Source: Nitrospirales bacterium
Lineage (GTDB): Bacteria; Nitrospirota; Nitrospiria; Nitrospirales; UBA8639
Direction of reading: 5' to 3'
Assembly: GCA_965203295.1 (NCBI GenBank)
Contig: CBDBCZ010000019.1
Location: 768,001-832,000 of the forward strand
DNA: 64,000 nucleotides
The notes under the pieces were generated by a model. The model was given only the letters and a program-made list of their open reading frames with translations. It ran no database searches and was not told where the DNA came from. This document shows positions 50,837-60,520 of the stretch, piece by piece; position 1 is the first letter of the stretch, and each line of letters begins with the position of its first letter. Both the position numbers and the translations under genes were made by a program.

Positions 50837-52093
50837 TTACAGTTGGAACTGAACCCCTATCTTGATGGCATGGATACTGCCACCGCCCGCAGTGGAAGTG
50901 AAGTCTAACTGATTAGGCACGCCCGTCGTTCCGTTTCTATTGATATTGCCATATTGCCAGGCCAGCGAAAGCCTCGCGTTGTGACCGTCGATCACATAAT
51001 TCATACCCGCTTCGAACTCATCCGTGTCCGCGCTGTTATTTGAAATGTTTTCCGTCCAGCGGACGTAGGGCTGGAATCTCCCAAATCCGCCATTGTTTGG
51101 GAAAAGAAGCAAGCCAGCAACGGAGTAGGCATCTCCATCAAACATGCAGAAACAGCCGAAGAATCCTGCCCCAAGAGCCGCGACATTCAACTCCGAATCA
51201 AAATGCTTGAATTCGCCTTCTGCAGTGAACACCCAATCATCTGCGCTACTCCCCAACAATTTTTCGAACAGAAGATCCGTGCTGAACCCCGTGAAATCAC
51301 CCGGGTTTGCGGCATTACCTACGCCGCCGGCCTGGTGATTAATGGCAAAGGCCAGCGTCAAGATATCTCCACCCGTTCCGTAATACGTACTGCTCGTGTA
51401 ATACCCAGGGTTTTTCTCGACATTCAGGAAGTTATAGCTGATACGTCCCGCATAGAGCAGATTATCAGCCAGATTCTGAACAGAATCAAAACCATCAAAC
51501 AGGCCAACGACATAACTCAACCTTCCATCCATGACGGCTCCCCAGACGTTGATCCCGTCATCACGGCCAAATCGTCCAGCACCAAAATTACCGAAATCAG
51601 AGGGATAAAACGGCGTTTTGTCAAAGTCAAAGGTGTTTTGATAGAAGGGACCGGAAAGCTCCGCACGGTCTAAGGGGACTAACAGGCGCCCTGCCCACAC
51701 GTTAAAGTAGGGATTGAACTCGAACTTGGCAATGGCATCAAGGACGATCATCGTCCCGCCACCGCCCGCGCCACCAAGACTGTTATTGGCAGGCAAAATA
51801 CCGGGACAATTGGTACACTCTGTGTTGAATTCGAACTTGAGATACTTATGCATCTGCCCGTTCACGTACAGACGCAGATTCTCCAACCTGAAATCATTGT
51901 TCCAGTTATTACCATTAGGCGCCTGATCCTCATTAAAACTAAAGCTCGAGCGCATACCCAACCCGACACTGATCCACTTGTCCTCTCCGATTTCTATTTT
52001 TCCTCCTGCCTGCACTGGCGATGTAATTAATAACAGTGCAAAGAAAAAGAAAAGGAATAGCAGGGTTACTGCTCTTGGTACGTGTTTCTTCAT
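50837..52093 (-). CDS. Outer-membrane porin (FmdC-like short-chain amide/urea porin)
   Basis: Signal peptide, beta-strand pattern, RLYVNG, DRAELSGPF, NYVIDGHNAR and C-terminal GVQFQL. First gene of the urt operon. Confidence 0.8.
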   Translation of the reverse strand: MKKHVPRAVTLLFLFFFFALLLITSPVQAGGKIEIGEDKWISVGLGMRSSFSFNEDQAPNGNNWNNDFRLENLRLYVNGQMHKYLKFEFNTECTNCPGILPANNSLGGAGGGGTMIVLDAIAKFEFNPYFNVWAGRLLVPLDRAELSGPFYQNTFDFDKTPFYPSDFGNFGAGRFGRDDGINVWGAVMDGRLSYVVGLFDGFDSVQNLADNLLYAGRISYNFLNVEKNPGYYTSSTYYGTGGDILTLAFAINHQAGGVGNAANPGDFTGFSTDLLFEKLLGSSADDWVFTAEGEFKHFDSELNVAALGAGFFGCFCMFDGDAYSVAGLLLFPNNGGFGRFQPYVRWTENISNNSADTDEFEAGMNYVIDGHNARLSLAWQYGNINRNGTTGVPNQLDFTSTAGGGSIHAIKIGVQFQL

Positions 52094-52135
52094 TTGTCCG
52101 TCTTCCCTTGTTAAGTTTATCCTAATTGTTGTAGG

Positions 52136-52230
52136 GACAAAAAAAGTCCTTTTAACTCATTAGCATGAGCCAAAAAGACTTTCGTGTCCGTCATTCACTG
52201 CCGGAACAGAGAAAAACCACATTGTTTCTC
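52136..52230 (-). promoter_or_regulatory. Leader attenuator: two hexaloop hairpins plus intrinsic terminator upstream of the urea operon
   Basis: Minus strand GAGAAAC-AATGTG-GTTTTTC ... GGAC-ACGAAA-GTCT. The second hairpin overlaps the terminator AAAGTCTTTTTGGCTCAT-gcta-ATGAGTTAAAAGGACTTT-TTTT. Confidence 0.65.
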
Positions 52231-52361
52231 GTCTATCTAAAATCTATCCAAAAAAATAACAATATACAGCATTGCCAACCCTTACTTAACTTTGCTGAAA
52301 ATATCCATAGACGAGCGAGAACTGCTTCGTCCATCAGTAAAATTCATATAAAATTTTTTAC

Positions 52362-52390
52362 TGTCTACACTATTAGACACCTAACGTCAA
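52362..52390 (-). promoter_or_regulatory. Candidate promoter and operator palindrome for the urea operon
   Basis: TTGACG-N17-TAGACA on the minus strand, overlapped by TGTCTA-N6-TAGACA (52362-52379). Confidence 0.4.
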
Positions 52391-52884
52391 GGAAATTGGA
52401 ACAAGCGTAAAGAGTAAATAGGCGTAGGTTTTTGTCCTACAATCATGGTAGAGCTTGGATTGGGAAGCCGAGGGAGGGAATATTTTTCGCCTGAGAGTAA
52501 AGGCTGCGGGTTCATTGACTAAATCACTGCATAAAGAGCTCTCATCTGTGATGCTAGCAAATCGAACAATTCTTGAAACTTATTGAAAGAGACTCATATC
52601 GTTATTCAGCGATGGTCCAAGAGGTGTGGCTGCACAGAATGGGAGGGCCGATAGCATATCCCTCATAAGACCTGGCAGTGCCTTATCAAGCTGATGGGGC
52701 AAGTGGATCGGTATCAAGAACATTTTCCCCAAGTAAAGAACTGCACTGTTTCAAGCTTGGGAAAATAGCGATTCCCGACCAAGTGATTTGGACAGCCCTT
52801 TTGGTAGTTTTCGGATTACCAGCTTGTGATATACTTTTGGCGGAAGAAACTTCCTAATTCTTAACGCGTGGGAAAGGAGACCAA

Positions 52885-53793
52885 ATGATAATGACTGATT
52901 GGTTCCGATGCAGTGTTGCATTGGCTATATTTCCCGCATCTTCTTTACTGTTGGGATGCGCAGGATCTTCCGGCATACAAACCATGATTCATAAAAGTCC
53001 TGACAGCGTCGTGTACTTAGAGTGGGTGCCTGAAGAATCTTTTCGTGCCTCACATCCCGCGACACTTTCCCCCAAGATTATCCAGCGAAGCCTACGTGGA
53101 GTTCTTATCCAAGCGCCACCTGGACTTCTTGATGACATGTTGGGGAAGGAGGAGCCAAAGCCTTTTCACATGTTTTCCCATTTTGATGTGGAGCTCCTTG
53201 TACCCCACATTGTTTCCGCTTTGTCGCAAGCGACTCCTGAGGAACATGTGGTATTCCGACGAATTTACGATCTGGAATCGAGCACAAGACCGACTGAAGG
53301 GAAACTCCATGTTCAAGATGACCTCTTGCACATTACATTCACTCACTATGGACTCAAAACTCGTCAAGTCCTGACAGTGTTTAAGGGGGGAGGAGATCGT
53401 CATATGCCAGATTATTCAGGGCTCAAGGGCAGCAAGGTTTTATTTACTCCAAAAACAGCATGGCGCCACGATGTCGTTCCCGATAAAGCCCCTCCGGACT
53501 CTCCACACGCAAAAACCGTGGCGCTGGATTATAAAGTGCTGGCCAGTCTTCCGGCCGAACCTCTTTACATGCCTCACAAGGCTGGTTCCGATTCACGTAC
53601 TGTTCATGAGCCGTCTCAACCTCATGATCCCAAACCTGTTAATGAGATGTCAGAAACAACGGACCGTGATACCCAGAATGCGCTCGATCGAGAACAGGCT
53701 CAGCCTTCAGAGCAGGACCCAAAGTTCAAAGACTTGGAAGAAAGAATTCGTATTTTTGAGCAGGAACTCGAGAGACGCAAAACGAAACCATAG
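52885..53793 (+). CDS. Hypothetical lipoprotein
   Basis: LLLGC lipobox, AAGGAG RBS and a C-terminal coiled-coil-like tail. Confidence 0.7.
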   Translation: MIMTDWFRCSVALAIFPASSLLLGCAGSSGIQTMIHKSPDSVVYLEWVPEESFRASHPATLSPKIIQRSLRGVLIQAPPGLLDDMLGKEEPKPFHMFSHFDVELLVPHIVSALSQATPEEHVVFRRIYDLESSTRPTEGKLHVQDDLLHITFTHYGLKTRQVLTVFKGGGDRHMPDYSGLKGSKVLFTPKTAWRHDVVPDKAPPDSPHAKTVALDYKVLASLPAEPLYMPHKAGSDSRTVHEPSQPHDPKPVNEMSETTDRDTQNALDREQAQPSEQDPKFKDLEERIRIFEQELERRKTKP

Positions 53794-53839
53794 ATTCGAA
53801 TGCCACGCTCCTAACTAACGAATTGTTTCAAAAAACAAT

Positions 53840-53875
53840 AAGGCCTTTGAGAACGAAATCTCAAAGGCCTTTTTT
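53840..53875. terminator. Terminator between convergent genes
   Basis: AAGGCCTTTGAGA-acgaaa-TCTCAAAGGCCTT followed by a T run. Confidence 0.85.
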
Positions 53876-53931
53876 GTTACGAATTTTCTGAGCGTCTAAT
53901 CAAGGAACATTATGGGTAGAGGGAGAGATGC

Positions 53932-54345
53932 TTAATGTCCTTCTTTCGCAAGATTCTTATTCCATTCAGGTATTTCCACCACGAGGTTTTTGCTTCCATT
54001 TGCGACACATTGACACCCTAATCTGGATTGAAGGGTTATTGCTGGTGCTTCGTCTAATTGATCCAATTCATCATCTGTCGGCTCATTACAAGTATCAAGC
54101 TCTTCCTTTACGATGACATGGCAGGTTGAGCATGCACAGACTCCGCCGCAGGCATGTTCCAGATCCACCCCTGCTCCCATGGCAATATCGAGAACACTTC
54201 CAGGTAGGCCGGTAGGTCCGTATGGAATCTTATCCGGATCAACCTTCACCTCAATCGTCTCGTCTGGAAGTTTGAAGGTGACGGTAAACGGAACTTTTGC
54301 TGATTCAACTTCCACTTGTTCAATGTAAGGGTTACTTCCACCCAT
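53932..54345 (-). CDS. fdx: ISC-type [2Fe-2S] ferredoxin
   Basis: LEHACGGVCACSTCHV...SRLGCQ. Confidence 0.92.
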   Translation of the reverse strand: MGGSNPYIEQVEVESAKVPFTVTFKLPDETIEVKVDPDKIPYGPTGLPGSVLDIAMGAGVDLEHACGGVCACSTCHVIVKEELDTCNEPTDDELDQLDEAPAITLQSRLGCQCVANGSKNLVVEIPEWNKNLAKEGH

Positions 54346-54467
54346 TTAGGACTCTCCTTCTGATTGCTTGATGGTTCACTCAGGTTCGAATTCCCCTCCA
54401 ACGCCCTATGCGGAGTTACAAACTATACAATGTAGGACTTATTGATTCCCCGATAAGATCAATCTCC

Positions 54468-54528
54468 GATTATTCTAGTCTTGACATGAATATTCTGTCA
54501 ATGCTAGCATTCTAAGACTATTCTAGTC
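54468..54528. promoter_or_regulatory. Overlapping divergent fdx/iscR promoters with two IscR-type boxes
   Basis: + strand TTGACA(54481)-N18-TAGCAT. - strand TTGACA(54501)-N18-TAGAAT. Boxes GATTATTCTAGTC (54468-54480) and GACTATTCTAGTC (54516-54528) resemble the IscR type-1 core GACT-N5-AGTC. Confidence 0.7.
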
Positions 54529-54571
54529 GGGGATAATAGTAATCGCCGATGATCTTGATCTGGAGAGATCG

Positions 54572-55051
54572 TTGTTAAAATTATCAAAAAAAACAGATTA
54601 CGCCTTAATGGCTCTTCAGTACATGGCTTCCATTCAATATGGGGAAGATCTTAACGAAGTTCGTGTCGTGAATAGCAAAGAAATTGCTGAGGAACATAAT
54701 ATTCCTGCAGAATTGCTGGCGAAGGTGCTTCAAACTCTTGCCAAAACCAACATCATAGAGAGTCATCATAATGGACCAAAGGGAGGTTATGTTTTGGGAA
54801 GGGAGCCCAAGATGATTACCGTGGCTCAGGTGTTGGAAGCCCTTGAAGGCCCCTTAGGAATCACGGACTGCTACCATGACAAGGAGCAGGCTCCCTGCGA
54901 GCAGCTGGAACGGTGTAATATCCGAACTCCAATCCTGAGGATCCAGGAAAGTATCTACCAACTTCTTAATAGTATGTCCATTGATGATATGATGGGGGGC
55001 ACTCCATTTATCATCGTGGAATCTCGTAGGACAGAAGGAGTGAAATCATGA
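54572..55051 (+). CDS. iscR: Rrf2-family Fe-S regulator
   Basis: [17 protein letters not shown] and three Cys ligands. Heads the isc operon. TTG start. Confidence 0.85.
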   Translation: MLKLSKKTDYALMALQYMASIQYGEDLNEVRVVNSKEIAEEHNIPAELLAKVLQTLAKTNIIESHHNGPKGGYVLGREPKMITVAQVLEALEGPLGITDCYHDKEQAPCEQLERCNIRTPILRIQESIYQLLNSMSIDDMMGGTPFIIVESRRTEGVKS

Positions 55052-56262
55052 AGCTTCCTATTTACATGGATTACCACTCGACAACTCCGTGTGACCCGAG
55101 GGTTGTTGAGGTCATGTTGCCATATTTTACAGAAAAGTTTGGAAATTCCGCGAGTCGAAATCATACATTTGGGTGGGATGCTGAGGAAGCCGTGGATCAA
55201 GCTCGAAAGCAGATTGCTCAATTAATCCATGCGGATCCCAAGGAACTGGTGTTCACAAGTGGTGCGACAGAGTCGGACAATCTTGCCTTAAAAGGCGTCG
55301 CGGAAATGTACAGAGAAAAGGGCGACCACATTATCACGAGCGCCACCGAACATCGAGCCGTAATTGATACGGCGAAGGCTCTTGAGAAAAAAGGGTTCAA
55401 GGTTACGTTTTTACCAGTAGATAAAACAGGGCTGGTCAACCAGGATGATGTGAGAAATGCCATCACAGACAAAACTATTTTGATCTCTATTATGCTGGCG
55501 AACAACGAAATTGGCACGATAAATCCCATTAAGGAAATTGGGAAAATAGCCAAAGAAAAGGGGATTCTTTTTCATTCTGATGCGACTCAAGGGGTTGGGA
55601 AAATTCCCGTTGATGTCCAGGACATGGGCATTGATCTTATGTCCTTTACAGGTCACAAAATTTATGGACCGAAAGGAATTGGGGCGCTTTACGTCAGACG
55701 CAGAGCCCCGCGTGTTCGGATTGAGCCTATGATTCATGGTGGAGGGCATGAGCGGGGAATGCGATCTGGGACATTGCCGGTTCCCCTGATTGCAGGATTT
55801 GGGAAAGCGATCGAGCTTTGCCGACAGGAGATGGCTACGGAGGCCATTCGGGTAGCAGGTCTTCGGGACAAACTGCAGGATGGCATTCTGGCGGCCATGG
55901 AAGAAGTGTATCTGAATGGACATCCCATCCACCGACTCCCAGGAAATCTTAATCTCAGTTTTGCCTATGTGGAAGGCGAAGCCTTGCTCATGGGTGTGAA
56001 AGAAATTGCCTTATCCTCTGGTTCCGCTTGTACGTCCGCCACGTTGGAACCATCCTATGTTCTGCGGGCTCTTGGCGTGGGGTCTGATTTGGCTCATTCT
56101 TCTATTCGTTTCGGCCTTGGTCGCTTTACCACGGAAGAAGAAGTGGACTACACTATTGAACGAATGGTCAAAGCCGTTAATCATCTGCGAGAAATGTCCC
56201 CACTCTATGAAATGGCGAAAGAAGGGATCGATTTGAAAAGCGTGCAGTGGGCTGCTCATTGA
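55048..56262 (+). CDS. iscS: Cysteine desulfurase
   Basis: [17 protein letters not shown] and SSGSACTS. Confidence 0.97.
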   Translation: MKLPIYMDYHSTTPCDPRVVEVMLPYFTEKFGNSASRNHTFGWDAEEAVDQARKQIAQLIHADPKELVFTSGATESDNLALKGVAEMYREKGDHIITSATEHRAVIDTAKALEKKGFKVTFLPVDKTGLVNQDDVRNAITDKTILISIMLANNEIGTINPIKEIGKIAKEKGILFHSDATQGVGKIPVDVQDMGIDLMSFTGHKIYGPKGIGALYVRRRAPRVRIEPMIHGGGHERGMRSGTLPVPLIAGFGKAIELCRQEMATEAIRVAGLRDKLQDGILAAMEEVYLNGHPIHRLPGNLNLSFAYVEGEALLMGVKEIALSSGSACTSATLEPSYVLRALGVGSDLAHSSIRFGLGRFTTEEEVDYTIERMVKAVNHLREMSPLYEMAKEGIDLKSVQWAAH

Positions 56263-56319
56263 TCACGCTCATAATATTATGGCGACTTAATTTAAGGGAT
56301 TCTTAAGGAGGGTTGCATC

Positions 56320-56736
56320 ATGGCATACAGTGAAAAAGTCATTGACCATTACAATAATCCACGGAATATGGGGAGTTTTAAAAAAGAAGACGAAGGAGTG
56401 GGCACGGGGATTGTTGGAGCGCCGGAATGCGGCGACGTGATGAAGCTTCAGATTAAAGTCGAAAACGATACAATTGTTGATGCCAAATTTAAGACATTTG
56501 GTTGCGGCTCAGCCATTGCAAGTTCCAGCTTAGCCACCGAGTGGTTAAAGGGAAGAAGCGTTGAGGAAGCAGGGCAAATAAAAAATACAGAAATCGTTCA
56601 GGAGTTAAACCTGCCTCCTGTCAAAATCCATTGTTCCGTTTTGGCTGAAGATGCGATAAAAGCTGCTTTAAAGGACTATCAGCAAAAGGCCAATACCGAT
56701 AGTCAGCCAGAGGAAACTGCGCAGGCCAACCCGTAA
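56320..56736 (+). CDS. iscU: Fe-S scaffold protein
   Basis: APECGDVM, FGCGSAIA and LPPVKIHCS. Confidence 0.97.
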   Translation: MAYSEKVIDHYNNPRNMGSFKKEDEGVGTGIVGAPECGDVMKLQIKVENDTIVDAKFKTFGCGSAIASSSLATEWLKGRSVEEAGQIKNTEIVQELNLPPVKIHCSVLAEDAIKAALKDYQQKANTDSQPEETAQANP

Positions 56737-56769
56737 ATAGTTGAATGGAAATTCGAGGGAGAAGTCATT

Positions 56770-57123
56770 ATGGACTCCACTGAAATAACAGACACCCCAA
56801 TCGTCACATTGACCGACAAGGCCCTAAAAGAGGTCAGGCGTCTCCTTGATTTGCAGGGTATTACGGAAGGAGGCCTTCGCCTAGGGGTGAAAGGGGGAGG
56901 CTGCTCAGGTCTCAGTTACACGATTAATTTCGATGATAAAATAGGCGAATTTGATACCGTGATCGAAGTTGATGGGGTGAAAGTGTTAGTTGACGCAAAG
57001 AGTGCTATTTACCTGACAGGTATGCAACTCGATTACGAAAAAGACTTGGTCAGTGGCTCCTTTAAATTCAAAAACCCCAATGCCGACAAAACCTGTGGAT
57101 GTGGAGAATCATTTTCTGCTTAA
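56770..57123 (+). CDS. iscA: A-type Fe-S carrier
   Basis: GGGCSG and TCGCGESF. Confidence 0.93.
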   Translation: MDSTEITDTPIVTLTDKALKEVRRLLDLQGITEGGLRLGVKGGGCSGLSYTINFDDKIGEFDTVIEVDGVKVLVDAKSAIYLTGMQLDYEKDLVSGSFKFKNPNADKTCGCGESFSA

Positions 57124-57219
57124 CGTAACGAATTAAGGCAAATCTTCATTGTATAGAGACGTGATCGTGACGGGCATGGAGATTTTGACCATGCCCGTTG
57201 TGCAAGAGGCCATTATCCC

Positions 57220-57942
57220 ATGAAGTCCCATGAGACTCAGGCGCCTTCTCAACGCGAGTTGCCTCTGGCCAGGAGTATGTGCTGGCATTGTCAGTCTGAA
57301 GTGACAGGAGAGTATCTCTGTGGACAATGTGTCAAAGTTCAGCCTCTGTCCAAAGAATTGGACTATTTTACATGTCTGAAAGTCCCTCGGTTGCTCAATC
57401 TGGATGAAGGGCAATTGGAGGCTATCTTCTATGAACTGAGTAGAACCTTCCATCCTGATTTTTATTCCAACAAAGACGAATCAGAAAAGACGATTAGTCT
57501 GGGAAACTCCACCCTGTTAAATACCGCGTATCGAACCCTCAAAGATCCTATTCAGCGAGCAGAATACCTCATCCGTCTTGAAGCTGGTTCGGTGAAGGAA
57601 ATACGATCGGTTCCGCCCGCTGATTTGTTTGAAGAGATTCTTCAACTTCAGGAAGATCTCGAAGAGTTCAAAAGTCTATCCCCTTACGACAATGCTGAAT
57701 CTTACGTCAGACTTCGTGCCAAACTTCAGGCCGATCGTGTGTCACTAGAGGAACGACAGGCCAAATTGGAGTCGTCTTTGTTTGAAAAGTTTGCGGTATG
57801 GGATTCCCTTCAAGCCAAGTCGGATAAGGGCAATGGTCTGAGGGCAGAAAAGGACGCAGTGTTGAAAGAGATGCAGGAAAATCTATCCAATCGGACTTAC
57901 GTCAAGAATATTGTCAATGATCTTGTCGAGATCACGGATTAA
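57220..57942 (+). CDS. hscB: Fe-S co-chaperone with N-terminal Cys4 motif
   Basis: CWHC..CGQC, J-domain HPD and NTAYRTLKDPIQRAEY. Confidence 0.92.
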   Translation: MKSHETQAPSQRELPLARSMCWHCQSEVTGEYLCGQCVKVQPLSKELDYFTCLKVPRLLNLDEGQLEAIFYELSRTFHPDFYSNKDESEKTISLGNSTLLNTAYRTLKDPIQRAEYLIRLEAGSVKEIRSVPPADLFEEILQLQEDLEEFKSLSPYDNAESYVRLRAKLQADRVSLEERQAKLESSLFEKFAVWDSLQAKSDKGNGLRAEKDAVLKEMQENLSNRTYVKNIVNDLVEITD

Positions 57943-57960
57943 TTCAAGCTCCTGACGACT

Positions 57961-59781
57961 ATGGCACCTATTGTTGGCATTGATCTAGGCACGACCAATT
58001 CCCTTGTTGCTTTTATGGATGGAGAGGAGCCTCGGGTTATTACAGGACGGAATGGCCAAGGCATGGTCCCTTCTATTGTTGGGATGACTGACAATGGCTT
58101 GATTGTCGGTGAATCAGCCAAAGAGTATCTCGTTCGAGATCCGGCTCGTACCATTTATTCAGTCAAAAGATTTATGGGGAAGAGTCTGGATGATGTGACT
58201 GAAGAGCTTAAGTATTTTCCCTACCGAATCCATGAAAAGAATGGAGTGATCAGGATAGAGGTTCGGGATAAATCCTTCTCTCCTTCCCAAGTCTCTGCCA
58301 TGATCCTGAAAGAATTAAAAATGAGGGCAGAGATGCATTTCGGGGAAGAGATCACCAAGGCTGTGATTACCGTTCCGGCCTATTTTAATGATGGCCAGAG
58401 ACAGGCCACGAAAGATGCGGGATTAATCGCTGGCCTCGAAGTTCTTCGAATCATTAATGAACCAACTGCGGCTTCCCTTGCCTATGGTCTTCAGAAAAAG
58501 ACCCAGGGGGTCATTGCGGTCTATGATCTAGGCGGAGGCACCTTTGATATTTCCATTTTGAAATTAAAGGATGGGATTTTTGAAGTGCTGGCTACAAATG
58601 GGAATTCTCATCTTGGAGGCGATGACCTGGATCGTCGGATTGTCGATGTGTTGTGCAGGGAGATTCAGGAGTCTCACGGTCTTAAAGTCGATGATTTTTC
58701 AGATTTAATGCAAAATGTTCGGTTGGAGGCAGAGCGAGTAAAAGTTCAGTTGTCTGATCAAGAAAGTCTCTCGGCCTTCATTGAACTTCCTCAACACAAG
58801 GAACGATTTCAACGGAAATGGACGAGGAAGGAATTGGAAAGCATGACGCGTGATTTGATCGACAAAACTTTGGTTCCATGTTCTCAAGCATTACGAGATG
58901 CAGGACTCCAGGCTTCCCAGATTGATGAGGTGGTCTTGGTTGGTGGAAGTACCAGGATGCCATTCGTACGACAGCGAGTCAAAGAATTTTTTGGGAAGAC
59001 TCCACTTTGTGACCTCGACCCTGATGAAGTGGTCGCTCTTGGCGCAGCCATTCAGGCCGATATCCTTAGTGGAAATCAGCAGAAGATGTTGTTGCTTGAT
59101 GTGACGCCCTTGTCCCTTGGGATTGAAACCATCGGAAGAGTGATGAGCAGTCTGATTCGGCGGAACACAATCATTCCAACCAACGCCAAGGAGATGTTTA
59201 CCACATATGTGGATGGCCAAACGTCTGTTGATATTCATATCTTGCAGGGGGAACGGGAACTCGTCCGAGATAATAGGAGTTTGGCACGGTTCCAACTTAA
59301 GGTCCCCCCCCTTCCTGCTGGTGTTCCAAGGATTGAGGTGAACTTTTTGATTGATGCGAATGGAATTTTGAATGTCGCGGCGAAAGATATTCGTACAGGA
59401 GAGTCTCAAACGGTTCAGGTGAAGCCGTCTCATGGATTGAGTGATCAAGAAGTGGAAACCATGATTCGAGAATCTTTTCAGTTTGCAGCTCAAGATATTC
59501 GAGCTCGACAACTGATTGAGGCACGCAATGAAGCGGAGGCCATTCTGAAGGCGACCGAAAAGGCCCTTCACCGTGGTGAACAACTCATTTCTTCTCAAGA
59601 GGCTTCGCAGATTAAAGACGCTCTTGCTAAGTTGCAGACTGTATCTCATGAAGATGACCACAAAGTTATAAGAGCCCATATCTCAGAGGTCGAAAAACAC
59701 ACGCATCATTTAGCTGAAGTCCTTATGGATGCGACGTTGAAAGAAGCGCTGGAAAGCAAAAAAGTTTCTGAAGTGAGTTGA
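57961..59781 (+). CDS. hscA: Hsp70-type Fe-S chaperone
   Basis: [17 protein letters not shown] and DLGGGTFD. Lies between hscB and iscX. Confidence 0.88.
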   Translation: MAPIVGIDLGTTNSLVAFMDGEEPRVITGRNGQGMVPSIVGMTDNGLIVGESAKEYLVRDPARTIYSVKRFMGKSLDDVTEELKYFPYRIHEKNGVIRIEVRDKSFSPSQVSAMILKELKMRAEMHFGEEITKAVITVPAYFNDGQRQATKDAGLIAGLEVLRIINEPTAASLAYGLQKKTQGVIAVYDLGGGTFDISILKLKDGIFEVLATNGNSHLGGDDLDRRIVDVLCREIQESHGLKVDDFSDLMQNVRLEAERVKVQLSDQESLSAFIELPQHKERFQRKWTRKELESMTRDLIDKTLVPCSQALRDAGLQASQIDEVVLVGGSTRMPFVRQRVKEFFGKTPLCDLDPDEVVALGAAIQADILSGNQQKMLLLDVTPLSLGIETIGRVMSSLIRRNTIIPTNAKEMFTTYVDGQTSVDIHILQGERELVRDNRSLARFQLKVPPLPAGVPRIEVNFLIDANGILNVAAKDIRTGESQTVQVKPSHGLSDQEVETMIRESFQFAAQDIRARQLIEARNEAEAILKATEKALHRGEQLISSQEASQIKDALAKLQTVSHEDDHKVIRAHISEVEKHTHHLAEVLMDATLKEALESKKVSEVS

Positions 59782-59845
59782 CGGAGCATCGACAAGTCAT
59801 TCAACGGCATTTCTCTTATTGTTCGTTTGATATTGAGTGAGCACA

Positions 59846-60064
59846 ATGGCAGAAGATTTGAACTGGGAGGATATGGAAGATATTGCCATTCGGTTGCATG
59901 AAGAGCATCCGGAAGTTGATCCCTTGACGGTTCGATTTACGGATATGCATGGGTGGATCGTGGCATGGCCAGAATTTAAAGGCGATCCTAAAAAATCGAA
60001 TGAGAAAATTTTGGAATCCATTCAAATGGCTTGGTTGGAAGAATACCAGGATTCCAAGAATTGA
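59846..60064 (+). CDS. iscX: Fe-S assembly protein IscX
   Basis: LNWEDMEDIAIRL..VRFTDMH..NEKILESIQMAW. Confidence 0.92.
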   Translation: MAEDLNWEDMEDIAIRLHEEHPEVDPLTVRFTDMHGWIVAWPEFKGDPKKSNEKILESIQMAWLEEYQDSKN

Positions 60065-60323
60065 AAAAGTTTCTCGTGACGTTCGAATGCGAGAACCTCT
60101 CACGACCCCTTCTTAACAATTTCATTCGATCCCCTTCTCAGTAGTGTTCTCAGTTGTCGTTTGGGGACTCTTCATTGTAGAACCGGTCTTTTCCTAGAGT
60201 GTGCTGGATGCTCAGTGATCCGCATCTCAAAACATATAGACAATTGAATGGGCCTGTTGAATATCCAACAATTTTTCAAATGAACGACCACTGCCCAGCA
60301 CCTTCAAGTATCAGGAGGAAATG

Positions 60324-60502
60324 GGGCTGTTCAAAAAGGCCCGTCCAGTAAGGCCGGTGGCAAGCGGAGCGTATACGGGAGTATGTGAGCACGACAACGG
60401 GCCGACCTGCCTGCGCAAATCGCTTTCAGCCTTCGTAGCGACTTCGGAGAAGGAGGCTCGGTGGAGGCAGGGACCGCTGCTGGCGGACTTTTTCAACAGC
60501 CC
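60324..60502. mobile_element. Miniature inverted-repeat element with a nested palindromic insert
   Basis: GGGCTGTTCAAAAAG ... CTTTTTCAACAGCCC (14/15). Internal CCTGCCT...AGGCAGG stem. A further degenerate end lies at 60248-60281. Confidence 0.75.
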
Positions 60503-60520
60503 ACGAATGTATCTTTTGAA

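Noticed and set aside
52165..52880. 81-aa ORF and scattered stems in the spacer between the porin and lipoprotein genes
   Set aside because: The ORF is antisense to the leader and promoter with no RBS or motif. The remaining stems are short and unremarkable.
54380..54410. GGTTCGAATTCCC as a tRNA fragment or second att site
   Set aside because: Does not match the tRNA-Asn 3' end, and no cloverleaf can be built.
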